This document shows, piece by piece, positions 18,237 through 26,278 of a stretch of DNA of 53,993 nt. The notes below the pieces were generated by a model that saw only the letters and a list, made by a program, of their open reading frames with translations, had not been told where the DNA came from and did no database searches. Position 1 is the stretch's first letter. Every line of letters starts with the position of its first letter. Both the position numbers and the translations under genes were made by a program. The stretch covers positions 1 through 53,993 of the IMG/VR virus record IMGVR_UViG_3300012940_000005; one strand, given 5' to 3'. This DNA comes from a virus. Its lineage: Duplodnaviria > Caudoviricetes.

Positions 18237-19442
18237 TTAGCCAAAGCCGGGAATGACGGCCCGGTCAGTGCAACGGCAGTTTATCTCCGTGCCGGGCCAG
18301 ACGTACTTTTGGACGGCACTGTCCCACATACCCTGCGCCACATCATATTCCTGTTCGTTCATCGCCACGTGTGTTTCCCGCGGCTCTACGCCCGCATGGG
18401 AATGCTGCCACACGGCGCGCGTGATGCCGGCATCCAGACGCTGCGCGCGTTCAATGGCGGCCTTCGCCTTGTGGTTCTGGTCCCGTGCGATCAACGCGGC
18501 CCGGCGGTCAGCGATGCCGTACTTCTGCTGAAGCCGCTGGGACACCGTGGCCATGTCATTGCCGGAGCGCACGCCATCCCACACCACGGCTTCCACGTCG
18601 GTCAGGTAGCGCTGCGGAATGGACTTGATAAGGCCCACGTTTTCCGCCACCACGGCTTCCACGCTGCGCTGGACCGCCTTGGGCACGCGAGCCCGCACCG
18701 CGAAGCCGGCGTCCGTCAGAGTGCGGACAACCTGCCGGGTGGTCGCGTCGCGATTCTTCGCCGCGAAGTTCCACGCAATCTTCGTACTGGCTTGGTCAAA
18801 ACGGGTGTTCCACTTGACGCCCCAGTCAGCCAGCGCTTTCTGGAGTAGCACGGAGGGGGACTTGGCCTTCGCATCCATCGCCATGGACATTTCCACCAGC
18901 GTGGCCCGGACGCCGGGGTGAAGCGGTAGCGTAAGGGCCTCCGCAGGCGTTACGAAGCGGTAAGCATCATGTTCATGGTTCAGTTGTGGCGTGCCGCCGG
19001 GCCACATCGCCCGAAAAGTTGCGTAACGCACGCGCCCGCCTTGAACGTCCACGAAGTCCAGCGGGCCTTCGTATGAAATGCCTATTTCCTCGCGCACTTC
19101 ACGCCGTACGGCTTGTTGGAATGTTTCGCCGGGCTCAAGGCCGCCGCCGGGCAGCGCCCACCCCAGCCCGTCCGTACGATGCAGCAACAGGAACAGGCCG
19201 CCTTTCGTGATGCTTGGGCCTTCCGTGAAGATGACGCCGGCCGCCCGCGGCAACATCGCAGTGTCATGCGCGAACCCAAAGCCGGGCCACACGCGGCGGA
19301 CTCGCGTAAGCATGTCCTGCGCCATTTCGCGGACCATGCCTTGCAGTTGCTTGCGGTATGCGGCTCCAACACCCGCATTGGCAATGACCGGCGTGGCCAG
19401 CGTTGTTCCCGCGGGAACACGGCCTTTGCGCTTCATGGCCAT
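18237..19442 (-). CDS. Head morphogenesis protein (SPP1 gp7/Mu gpF) with inserted Nudix hydrolase
   Basis: MuF C-terminus (RA.LIARDQ, PR..H, PG..INCRC) plus Nudix box GGGLEPGETFQQAVRREVREEIGI. Confidence 0.9.
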   Translation of the reverse strand: MAMKRKGRVPAGTTLATPVIANAGVGAAYRKQLQGMVREMAQDMLTRVRRVWPGFGFAHDTAMLPRAAGVIFTEGPSITKGGLFLLLHRTDGLGWALPGGGLEPGETFQQAVRREVREEIGISYEGPLDFVDVQGGRVRYATFRAMWPGGTPQLNHEHDAYRFVTPAEALTLPLHPGVRATLVEMSMAMDAKAKSPSVLLQKALADWGVKWNTRFDQASTKIAWNFAAKNRDATTRQVVRTLTDAGFAVRARVPKAVQRSVEAVVAENVGLIKSIPQRYLTDVEAVVWDGVRSGNDMATVSQRLQQKYGIADRRAALIARDQNHKAKAAIERAQRLDAGITRAVWQHSHAGVEPRETHVAMNEQEYDVAQGMWDSAVQKYVWPGTEINCRCTDRAVIPGFG

Positions 19443-19621
19443 CGGTCGAATGCTCCGGGGCCGTCAGGATCACAGTCAACGGGAACGTCAGCGCGCACGA
19501 TGTCCACACGTGCCATTTCGGCAATCTGGCGGGCGCGGTTGGCGGCAGCTTTGTACCCGGCAACGTAGAACACGCGGGCGACAAGGCAGGCGATGAAAAC
19601 GAGCAAGGCAAGTGTGGTCAC
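19433..19621 (-). CDS. Small membrane protein
   Basis: Hydrophobic N-terminus TTLALLVFIACLVARVFYV; start uncertain. Confidence 0.45.
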   Translation of the reverse strand: MTTLALLVFIACLVARVFYVAGYKAAANRARQIAEMARVDIVRADVPVDCDPDGPGAFDRWP

Positions 19622-19699
19622 GCTGTCCCCTTGGAACCGCCGGCATGCGGGCTGCGGCTTGCCCAACCGGCGAACGTTAATCAGCCGCATCCGGGGCGG

Positions 19700-19728
19700 A
19701 CATTACGCCGCCCTGACTGCCCGGTCAA
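19700..19728 (-). promoter_or_regulatory. Internal leftward promoter upstream of the MuF-Nudix block
   Basis: TTGACC-N17-TAATGT on the minus strand, containing the TGAC-N6-GTCA operator. Confidence 0.55.
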
Positions 19729-19797
19729 TTACTGCGTGGTGGTGTATGGCAGGGACTTTGCGAAACATGGTGGTGGCTCCGGGGTTGGGACTTCAGT

Positions 19798-21417
19798 CTA
19801 GCCCTTGTCCTTGGGCTTTGTCTCGCGCGCCAATTCCTTGTCACGCTTGTGCTGGGCGGCTGCGGCTTCCTCCGCGCGCTGGGCGGCGGCTTCGGCCGAT
19901 TCTTCCCCGCGCTGGTGATCCGCTTGCGCGCCTTCCTCGCCCAGCCGGGCTTCTTCCTCCAGCGGGCTAGGCGGCGCGTCGCCAGTGATGAACGCATAAC
20001 CAGACTTGGGGTCCATGCGCAGGCGTTCGCGCACTTCGTCCGCAGCCAGCACACCGCCGGCAACGTACGCGGTGTCACGGTCAGCGTCAGCCTTGCGGAT
20101 TTCAGATTCTTCCTTGTCCGTGGGGCTATCCAGCGGCACCCACTGGTACTTGATGGACGGGTCAACCTTGCCCCACAGGTGAAGCTGCAACAGCTTCAGC
20201 ACGGTGCGCAGGTGCGGGCCGAAGTTGTTTTCCTGTTCGGCTGCAACGTAGTCATACCAGACTTTGATTTCGCCTTCGCTGCTGGCGTTCAGGCCGGCAG
20301 GTGACACGCCGGTCAGTTTCACCAGCGGGATGTGCGTGGGCGCCGCCATGTGTTCCTGCAACTGCGCCACAAGGTCAGCGAGCCCGGACAGTGGCGTGTT
20401 GAACTGGAAAAATTCTTCGCTGTCCTTGTCCAGCATCATCAGCCCACGGTTATCCCGCATCTGATTGAACAGCGCCGCGCGCTTGAACAGTGACTGGCCG
20501 TCGCCGCCTTCCTCCAGCGTTGCCTGAAGATTGGTACGAATGCCGGACAGGCTGTAGCTGGTAATCAGCCGGCTTGTGCCGTCCACGCCCTTCAGCCAGC
20601 GCACCACATAGGGTTCAATCAACTGGGACAGTGACATGCCACTGAAGTTATAGGCGGGCTTCAGGATGTCCGGCACCGGGCGCGAGATGAACGTCAGCAA
20701 CCGGGATGCGTGCGTCTTCTGGCCCAGCACGTACCACCATTCCGGCTTGTAAAAGTCCGGCTTGGTGGGGTCAATGCTGTTGTACGAATAGGGCGTGGTC
20801 CAGATGGGTTCCACGGCCTTGAAGCCTTCCAGCGAACCCTTGCGCACCGTCGCGCCTTCGTCATCCACCACCAGCGGCAGCGTGCGAGACTTCGGCCGGT
20901 CCTGCCCCTTAATTGATACGTATATCTGGCCGCGGCCGAAGAACCCGTCATATTGGGCAGCATCTAGGAACGTCTCCCGGATGCCGAAGTCTTCCATGGC
21001 CTGCTGCAATTCCTTCAGCTTTTCTTCGCTGCCGCCGGTTAGAGTGATCCACTCGCGCGTCATTTCCTTCGCGGTCACTTCCGTGGGCGCGCGATACTCT
21101 GACCGCTGCGCCAGTTCGGAAAGGTACGGATAGCCGGGGAAGCCCAGCCCGCACGTGCCGGGGCTGCTGTTCAGGTACGTGTAAAGCTGTTGGTTGCCCG
21201 CACTGTCCAACGCCACGTGGCCTTCACGCAGGGACGCGCGCCCCGGCACCACGCCCGGCGGCAACACGGGTGCCTGAAACGCACGGCGGGGGATCAGCCC
21301 TTCCGCCTGCGCCGCCGCCAGAGCCATCATCACTTCGCCAATGCGCGCCTGCCACGGTGTCGGCTTGGGGCGCTGCTGGCCTTTCTGGCCCTTGGGGGTG
21401 TGCGGTTTCATGCTCAT
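19798..21417 (-). CDS. Portal protein (DUF1073-like)
   Basis: After TerL; GFPGYPYL.ELAQ, H.SRL, IPL.KL.G.SP.GLNAS.EGE motifs. Confidence 0.85.
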   Translation of the reverse strand: MSMKPHTPKGQKGQQRPKPTPWQARIGEVMMALAAAQAEGLIPRRAFQAPVLPPGVVPGRASLREGHVALDSAGNQQLYTYLNSSPGTCGLGFPGYPYLSELAQRSEYRAPTEVTAKEMTREWITLTGGSEEKLKELQQAMEDFGIRETFLDAAQYDGFFGRGQIYVSIKGQDRPKSRTLPLVVDDEGATVRKGSLEGFKAVEPIWTTPYSYNSIDPTKPDFYKPEWWYVLGQKTHASRLLTFISRPVPDILKPAYNFSGMSLSQLIEPYVVRWLKGVDGTSRLITSYSLSGIRTNLQATLEEGGDGQSLFKRAALFNQMRDNRGLMMLDKDSEEFFQFNTPLSGLADLVAQLQEHMAAPTHIPLVKLTGVSPAGLNASSEGEIKVWYDYVAAEQENNFGPHLRTVLKLLQLHLWGKVDPSIKYQWVPLDSPTDKEESEIRKADADRDTAYVAGGVLAADEVRERLRMDPKSGYAFITGDAPPSPLEEEARLGEEGAQADHQRGEESAEAAAQRAEEAAAAQHKRDKELARETKPKDKG

Positions 21418-23108
21418 GCTTGCTCCAGAATTTCGTCCGAAATGTGAAAGGCGGCCTTGCGGGGTGCGTAGAGCATCATAACCACGTCGCCGCAGTTTGG
21501 CGACGGCACACCATCGGGGGCCTTGTCAATCACCAGTTTGCCGGCGTTGTTGATGCTGTACACCGGCTGCGACAGTTCCATGATTAGCTTCCCGTACGCC
21601 TTCAGCTTGGTCAGTTCGGACGGAATGCTGATGATGTCGTCCGGGTCCACGGTCAGGCCCTTGACAACCGCGCGGTACGTCTGCTGAAAGCGGTAGCGCA
21701 GCGCCCACCATGACTGCGCCTTGTAATTCGCAAAATAATCCTTGTTCTTTCGGTCCAGCGGGCGCCCGTCCGGCCCCTTGACGAACGCTTCGGGCTGATA
21801 GAGCGCTTCACCGGATGCGGAGCCACGGAAGGCCGTCACAATGATGGGCTTCACCTGTTCATTGGGCTTGCGCGTGGCGTTGTCCTTGGTGCGCGCTTCG
21901 TTCAACACACGCGCGTCACCGCGAACGCCAGCGCCCAGTCCGTCAGCGTCATACCGCAGGCGGCGCAGCCGGTGTTCATCGCACAGCATGAAGGCTTTAC
22001 CCACGCTGCCGAAAATGTCACCGGCTTCAGCGCCCGGCCATTCTTCAATATGCGTCAACACCACGCCATGGCGCGAGCCCCACGCGTTTTTGTCGATACT
22101 GCGGCCATCCAAGCCGCCGCCAGCAACGTCCAGCGCAGCTTCTTCAACGCCCGTGGCTTCAATACCCAGCTTGACGTGAGCGTCAATTGCGGCCTGTACC
22201 CACAGCGATGGGATGACCACACCTTCCACGGATGCGCTGTAGTTGATGTCCACTTCCTGCGCCAGCACCACCGGGTCCAGTCGGTCCTGCATGTCCGCGT
22301 ACCACTGGTCATCCTTGCGCGGGTCCTGACGCCAGTGAAACGTGAACACTTCAACCTTGCCGCTGTGCCGGCGCTGCGCGAACGGGTTATCCGTGCCTTT
22401 CACGCTGGACATTTCAATGCGGCAGTTCGTGGTGTTGGACAGCGCCGCGTCCGTGGCCTCCGGGTGTTCAAGGTGCGCGGCTTCGTCAACGAAGTAGATG
22501 GTTTTACGGTCGCCGCGGCCGATGTCGTCACCAGCCTCGCCACCGATCACTGACCCCGTTTCCGGGAAATCTATCTGCATTTCCTTGCTGTGCTTCGATT
22601 CAATCCACCCGCCGCGCAGTTCGCGGGGCAGGTACTTGATGAACTGCCGCGCCTTGTACAGCAGGCTTTTGGGGTCGCCCAGCTTGTCCACCAGTTCGGC
22701 CTTGCGCGAGCCAAAGCCAATGGCCATGTTGTCATTCAGCAGGCATAGCACGTCCGACAGCGCGACCGCGCACCAGCTAATGCCCATGTCACGTGACTTT
22801 TCCACCAGCAAGTCCTTGCGGGCCCGCCACTGGCGCAGCACGGTGTCAATGAATTCCACCTGACGTTCAAACAGAATGAACGGCATGATGACGGGCAGGC
22901 CCACGTCAAGGTTGCGCGGGTCAACCGTCACGCCCCAGTCCACAATCATCTGCGCGGGATACTCGCGGTACAGCGCTTTCAGGTCCGCCCAGATAGGCGT
23001 GGGGTCGGGGTCAGTTCGGATTTTTTCCAGAACGTCAAGCCGTTTTCTGAATACTGCGTCAAAGTCTGGGTGTTTGTAGTCGATTGACGGCGCGGTCAAT
23101 AGCGGCAT
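21414..23108 (-). CDS. terL: Terminase large subunit
   Basis: KSRDMG Walker A-like, FVDEAA Walker B, nuclease ALDVA...YDADGLG...SPN.GD; start 23108 or 23117. Confidence 0.9.
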   Translation of the reverse strand: MPLLTAPSIDYKHPDFDAVFRKRLDVLEKIRTDPDPTPIWADLKALYREYPAQMIVDWGVTVDPRNLDVGLPVIMPFILFERQVEFIDTVLRQWRARKDLLVEKSRDMGISWCAVALSDVLCLLNDNMAIGFGSRKAELVDKLGDPKSLLYKARQFIKYLPRELRGGWIESKHSKEMQIDFPETGSVIGGEAGDDIGRGDRKTIYFVDEAAHLEHPEATDAALSNTTNCRIEMSSVKGTDNPFAQRRHSGKVEVFTFHWRQDPRKDDQWYADMQDRLDPVVLAQEVDINYSASVEGVVIPSLWVQAAIDAHVKLGIEATGVEEAALDVAGGGLDGRSIDKNAWGSRHGVVLTHIEEWPGAEAGDIFGSVGKAFMLCDEHRLRRLRYDADGLGAGVRGDARVLNEARTKDNATRKPNEQVKPIIVTAFRGSASGEALYQPEAFVKGPDGRPLDRKNKDYFANYKAQSWWALRYRFQQTYRAVVKGLTVDPDDIISIPSELTKLKAYGKLIMELSQPVYSINNAGKLVIDKAPDGVPSPNCGDVVMMLYAPRKAAFHISDEILEQA

Positions 23109-23152
23109 AGCATACACTCCGCATACTGTGCATACTGCCGAAGGGGCAGAGA

Positions 23153-23377
23153 ATGAACCGAAACTATCCGTTCCACCCTCCCGTTACGCGCGGAGGAAAG
23201 GTGCGACTTGCAGTGCTTCAGTACGTGCAGCAATGGGGCTGCGCCACGCGAGAGATTGACCGTATGCGGCAGGCGCAGGACCGCATTGACAGCCAGTTGT
23301 TTGAGCCGGGGTATGATCCGTTGAACAGCGCGGACCGGCGATATAAGACGGGCAACTATCCCCGCAACTTCCGGTGA
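23153..23377 (+). CDS. Hypothetical protein
   Basis: ATG with purine-rich RBS; first of a tightly packed + cluster. Confidence 0.5.
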   Translation: MNRNYPFHPPVTRGGKVRLAVLQYVQQWGCATREIDRMRQAQDRIDSQLFEPGYDPLNSADRRYKTGNYPRNFR

Positions 23378-23380
23378 ACC

Positions 23381-23662
23381 ATGGCCTTCCATCACACCAA
23401 GGTTGTACAACGCAAGCCGCCCAAACCCCACCTTCGGCTGCGTTACCGCCGACTGCCGGCCGCGGGTACATGGCACGGCGGCCAGTGGGCCGTGGAACGC
23501 CTGACCCATCGCCCGCTGGCGCTGGACTTCGGTGACGGGCCGCCGCCCATCCCTGCCCCGCAAGTCAGCGAACGAACGCAATGGTGGGGCACCAGCAGGC
23601 TGGCGCTGGATGCCGCGTTCTATCAGTTCACCTGTGAATGGCCCGCTGGGAGGCCCTGCTGA
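23381..23662 (+). CDS. Hypothetical protein
   Basis: Packed ORF in + cluster. Confidence 0.5.
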   Translation: MAFHHTKVVQRKPPKPHLRLRYRRLPAAGTWHGGQWAVERLTHRPLALDFGDGPPPIPAPQVSERTQWWGTSRLALDAAFYQFTCEWPAGRPC

Positions 23663-23669
23663 CGTGGAA

Positions 23670-23819
23670 ATGTATGACACCATAACCGACAACCGGCCGC
23701 AGCCGCGCAAACCGCGATACCGCTGGGTTGAATCGCACGGTGCGTGGATGCTGGTTAGCGGGCGCCGTGGGCCGTGGGGCGCGCCGCTATGGCTATTCCC
23801 CGCCGGGGGCGGCTGGTGA
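23670..23819 (+). CDS. Small Trp-rich hypothetical protein
   Basis: MYDTITDN...; stop overlaps next GTG. Confidence 0.4.
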   Translation: MYDTITDNRPQPRKPRYRWVESHGAWMLVSGRRGPWGAPLWLFPAGGGW

Positions 23820-24139
23820 CAACCATCCGCGTTCCGCCCCCGCCGCCCGGCGTGGTGCGCGAGCCCATCCCAATCCCGCCGCCCCCGCCACCAATGCCCA
23901 CACCCGGCACGCCCGCGTGGATCGACTGGCACAAGGCGCACAGCCTGACCGCGGAGGACGGGCGCGTGGTTGACGGCATCGTCATGCTGGCCCTTCGCAA
24001 CCCGGAGTTCCCGGACATCACAGTGGCGCATGGGGTGTACAGCACCATGGCCCACGCCATGCGCTGGCCCGGCTGGAAAGCGCAACTGGTGTGGGCGCTG
24101 ATTCAGGCTAGCGTCCCGGAAGATGACATCCCGTTCTAG
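23816..24139 (+). CDS. Hypothetical protein with Pro-rich N-terminus
   Basis: GTGA coupling with upstream ORF. Confidence 0.5.
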   Translation: MTTIRVPPPPPGVVREPIPIPPPPPPMPTPGTPAWIDWHKAHSLTAEDGRVVDGIVMLALRNPEFPDITVAHGVYSTMAHAMRWPGWKAQLVWALIQASVPEDDIPF

Positions 24140-24147
24140 GAGAAAAT

Positions 24148-24190
24148 TGTGACTCACGTCACTTGACGGCACGGTCAGTTCCGCTATTCT
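24148..24190 (+). promoter_or_regulatory. Sigma70-type promoter with CRP-like site and operator
   Basis: TGTGA-CTCACG-TCACT, TTGACG, TATTCT. Confidence 0.65.
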
Positions 24191-24225
24191 AGCGCCACAT
24201 TGTTCTAGCGCATACGGAGCCGGAC

Positions 24226-24441
24226 ATGACACGCGATTCTCAGTACGTTGACAGCTACCTGAACGGCCCCGCCTACACGGTGGGCACCTTCCTGAAGTAC
24301 ACTCTGGCCGGAAAAGCCGCCCGCTACATGGGCCGATACGCTGCCGCGCTAACCCGCTCGCTGGAACGCCGGGTCCAAACTGGTGAAGTGATCGTGGCCA
24401 CCAGCATTCGCGGGGGCCGGGCATATCGTAGGGCAGAGTAA
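24226..24441 (+). CDS. Hypothetical protein
   Basis: GGAG RBS; downstream of promoter 24148-24190. Confidence 0.6.
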   Translation: MTRDSQYVDSYLNGPAYTVGTFLKYTLAGKAARYMGRYAAALTRSLERRVQTGEVIVATSIRGGRAYRRAE

Positions 24442-24477
24442 GTAGTTCGCCACCCCCGGCCGGTGACGCCAAGGCGT

Positions 24478-24684
24478 TCACGGCGAAAGGGCGCCGCTTG
24501 CAGGCGTCGCCGGCCGGGTTTCTGACAGATAGTCCAGCAGACACGCGACCGCGTACCGCCTGCCATCCCGCCAGTTGACCACACCGCCGGCTGCATGCTC
24601 GCGCAATGGCCTGTCGCAGTGTGCGCAGCGCTGGGCGTACTCCAGCGGCCGGGTGTGCCATGACCATGGGATAAGTTCAGTCAT
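24478..24684 (-). CDS. Small Cys-containing hypothetical protein
   Basis: CAHC motif; follows TerS. Confidence 0.5.
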   Translation of the reverse strand: MTELIPWSWHTRPLEYAQRCAHCDRPLREHAAGGVVNWRDGRRYAVACLLDYLSETRPATPASGALSP

Positions 24685-24698
24685 TGTTCCCGCGGGAA

Positions 24699-25445
24699 CT
24701 AGCTGGCCATCAGTTGCAGGTATCGCCGGTGACGTTCCTCCGGCGTGCTGGCGGCCTTGGCGTGCGACACGTCAGCGCCAGAGCCCTGCGGGTTTGCGGC
24801 GGCTGCACCGTCCTTGTACGCGCCCTGAATGCGGTTCAGCATGTCACGCGCGTGCATCTGGTCATGCAGCAACAGTTCAATGTCCCCGTTGCCTTTGATT
24901 TTGACGCCCTTGTACAGACGCGCGGCGCCGCCCTTCAGCTTGGTGGTGTCAGCGATGAACGGCACGCGCTCCCCGATACCCCAGCAGTTCGGGCACTCCG
25001 GCACTGGGTCCAAGGTGCCGTTGTAGCCGAAGCCGCCGGACATATCGGGAAGCCCGTTCCGTTTCTGGAGCCGCCATTCGTCGCAGGTGCGCGCGTACTC
25101 CAGTTCGTCCTTCCACTGGTAGCGGTGGTCAATGCCCCGGCAGTGCCGGCAGTTCACCCACCGCAGCGAAATGATGTCATTGGGGTTAGCGGATTCAATC
25201 TCCCGCAGTTCCTTGATGCGAGCCGTAAGGCTGGGGATGGCCGACAAGGCCGCAGCTTCGTCCTGTAGCTGCCGGATACGCGCGGCTACTTCAGGGTGCG
25301 CGGCCAGCTTGGACGCTTCGCTGGACACAGTGGTCCATTTCGCGTCTGGGCTGACGTTGTACGCTTTTCGATACGCAGCAGACTGGTTGCCCAGTTCCAC
25401 CACGGCCTTCGCGAACGCTTCCTGTTGTGGGGTCAAGTGTGCCAT
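24699..25445 (-). CDS. terS: Terminase small subunit with Zn-binding insert
   Basis: LT..QE.FA...N...AY..AY HTH start; CRHC...CPNC; LY.GVK. Confidence 0.8.
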   Translation of the reverse strand: MAHLTPQQEAFAKAVVELGNQSAAYRKAYNVSPDAKWTTVSSEASKLAAHPEVAARIRQLQDEAAALSAIPSLTARIKELREIESANPNDIISLRWVNCRHCRGIDHRYQWKDELEYARTCDEWRLQKRNGLPDMSGGFGYNGTLDPVPECPNCWGIGERVPFIADTTKLKGGAARLYKGVKIKGNGDIELLLHDQMHARDMLNRIQGAYKDGAAAANPQGSGADVSHAKAASTPEERHRRYLQLMAS

Positions 25446-25741
25446 GGATGAAACGATGCACGCCCATAATTATGGGTCAAGCCCCGGTGCGGGGAATTTT
25501 TGGGGCAACTTCCACGTCGCCGGGGGCCGGGCGCGGGCCGTCCACGGTTGGTAAATGGGCGGCGTGGGGCTGTGGGGCTGGTCGCTATTGGTACGGAATG
25601 ACCCGCTTTAGCCTACCCCTTTGAACTTGCTTATGGTAGGCTAAAGTGCCCTGTATCGAAACAACTAGCCTTTTCCTACCCCATCAACCCCATACAGTAC
25701 CTAACTAACTGAAACGTAAACACAAACATTGGACCATATGT

Positions 25742-26278
25742 ATGAAGTTTCCAGCCCCACATCAGCCCCGTTTGACGCCCGGCGTGCAGTTTGTACGCGA
25801 TAAACCGGCCACCCACAGCATCGTCAGCCGGGATATGGCCTTGGCAATACTGGACTGGCTTGGGATCAGCCCCAACAGCCCCGTTGCCGTTGAATTGGTT
25901 TGCAGACATCAAAAACGGTCCCATTGGGGTGAAGAAAATTGGTTCGCGCGGGTGGAACTGGTATTGGCCTACCCCGAAGCGGTGCAGCCGCGAAACATTG
26001 GCCCGGACGACCGACGCGCGGCGCAGCTACACGCCCTGTTGGATACGTTGGGATGGCCGGAGGAAGTCACGCGCGAAGCATTGCTGTCGGCCTGTGAGCC
26101 CGGCTCATTAATCGGGGCATGGCTTCGGTATGGCGGCGCGCGGCGCCCGCTGGCGGCCTTGTTAGGGCGGCTGGGATACGCGCCGCATAGGAACCCGCAG
26201 GATGCACGCGGGCGCTGGCTGCGGAACGGCCGTCAGGTCAAGGTTTACCGGCGCCGAACTGCTGAAGCAGAGCGGTGA
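25742..26278 (+). CDS. Hypothetical DNA-binding protein sharing the primase C-terminal motif
   Basis: LG.PE.VT...GY....NPQDARGRW..N.....VYRR shared with 26238-28670. Confidence 0.65.
   Translation: MKFPAPHQPRLTPGVQFVRDKPATHSIVSRDMALAILDWLGISPNSPVAVELVCRHQKRSHWGEENWFARVELVLAYPEAVQPRNIGPDDRRAAQLHALLDTLGWPEEVTREALLSACEPGSLIGAWLRYGGARRPLAALLGRLGYAPHRNPQDARGRWLRNGRQVKVYRRRTAEAER

Noticed and set aside
19798-21417. Anti-CBASS Acb1 label sometimes attached to DUF1073 proteins
   Set aside because: Size and position indicate a plain portal; I see no fused HxT phosphoesterase domain
24149-24162. matS site (GTGAC-N3-GTCAC) or FNR box
   Set aside because: Spacing is N4 here and N6 for the TTGAC operator, so neither consensus fits; CRP-type geometry fits better
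23096-24667. 523-aa minus-strand ORF and other long antisense ORFs (e.g. 37377-39074, 10644-11900, 45549-46895)
   Set aside because: Shadow ORFs of high-GC coding sequence with no motifs, opposite better-supported genes
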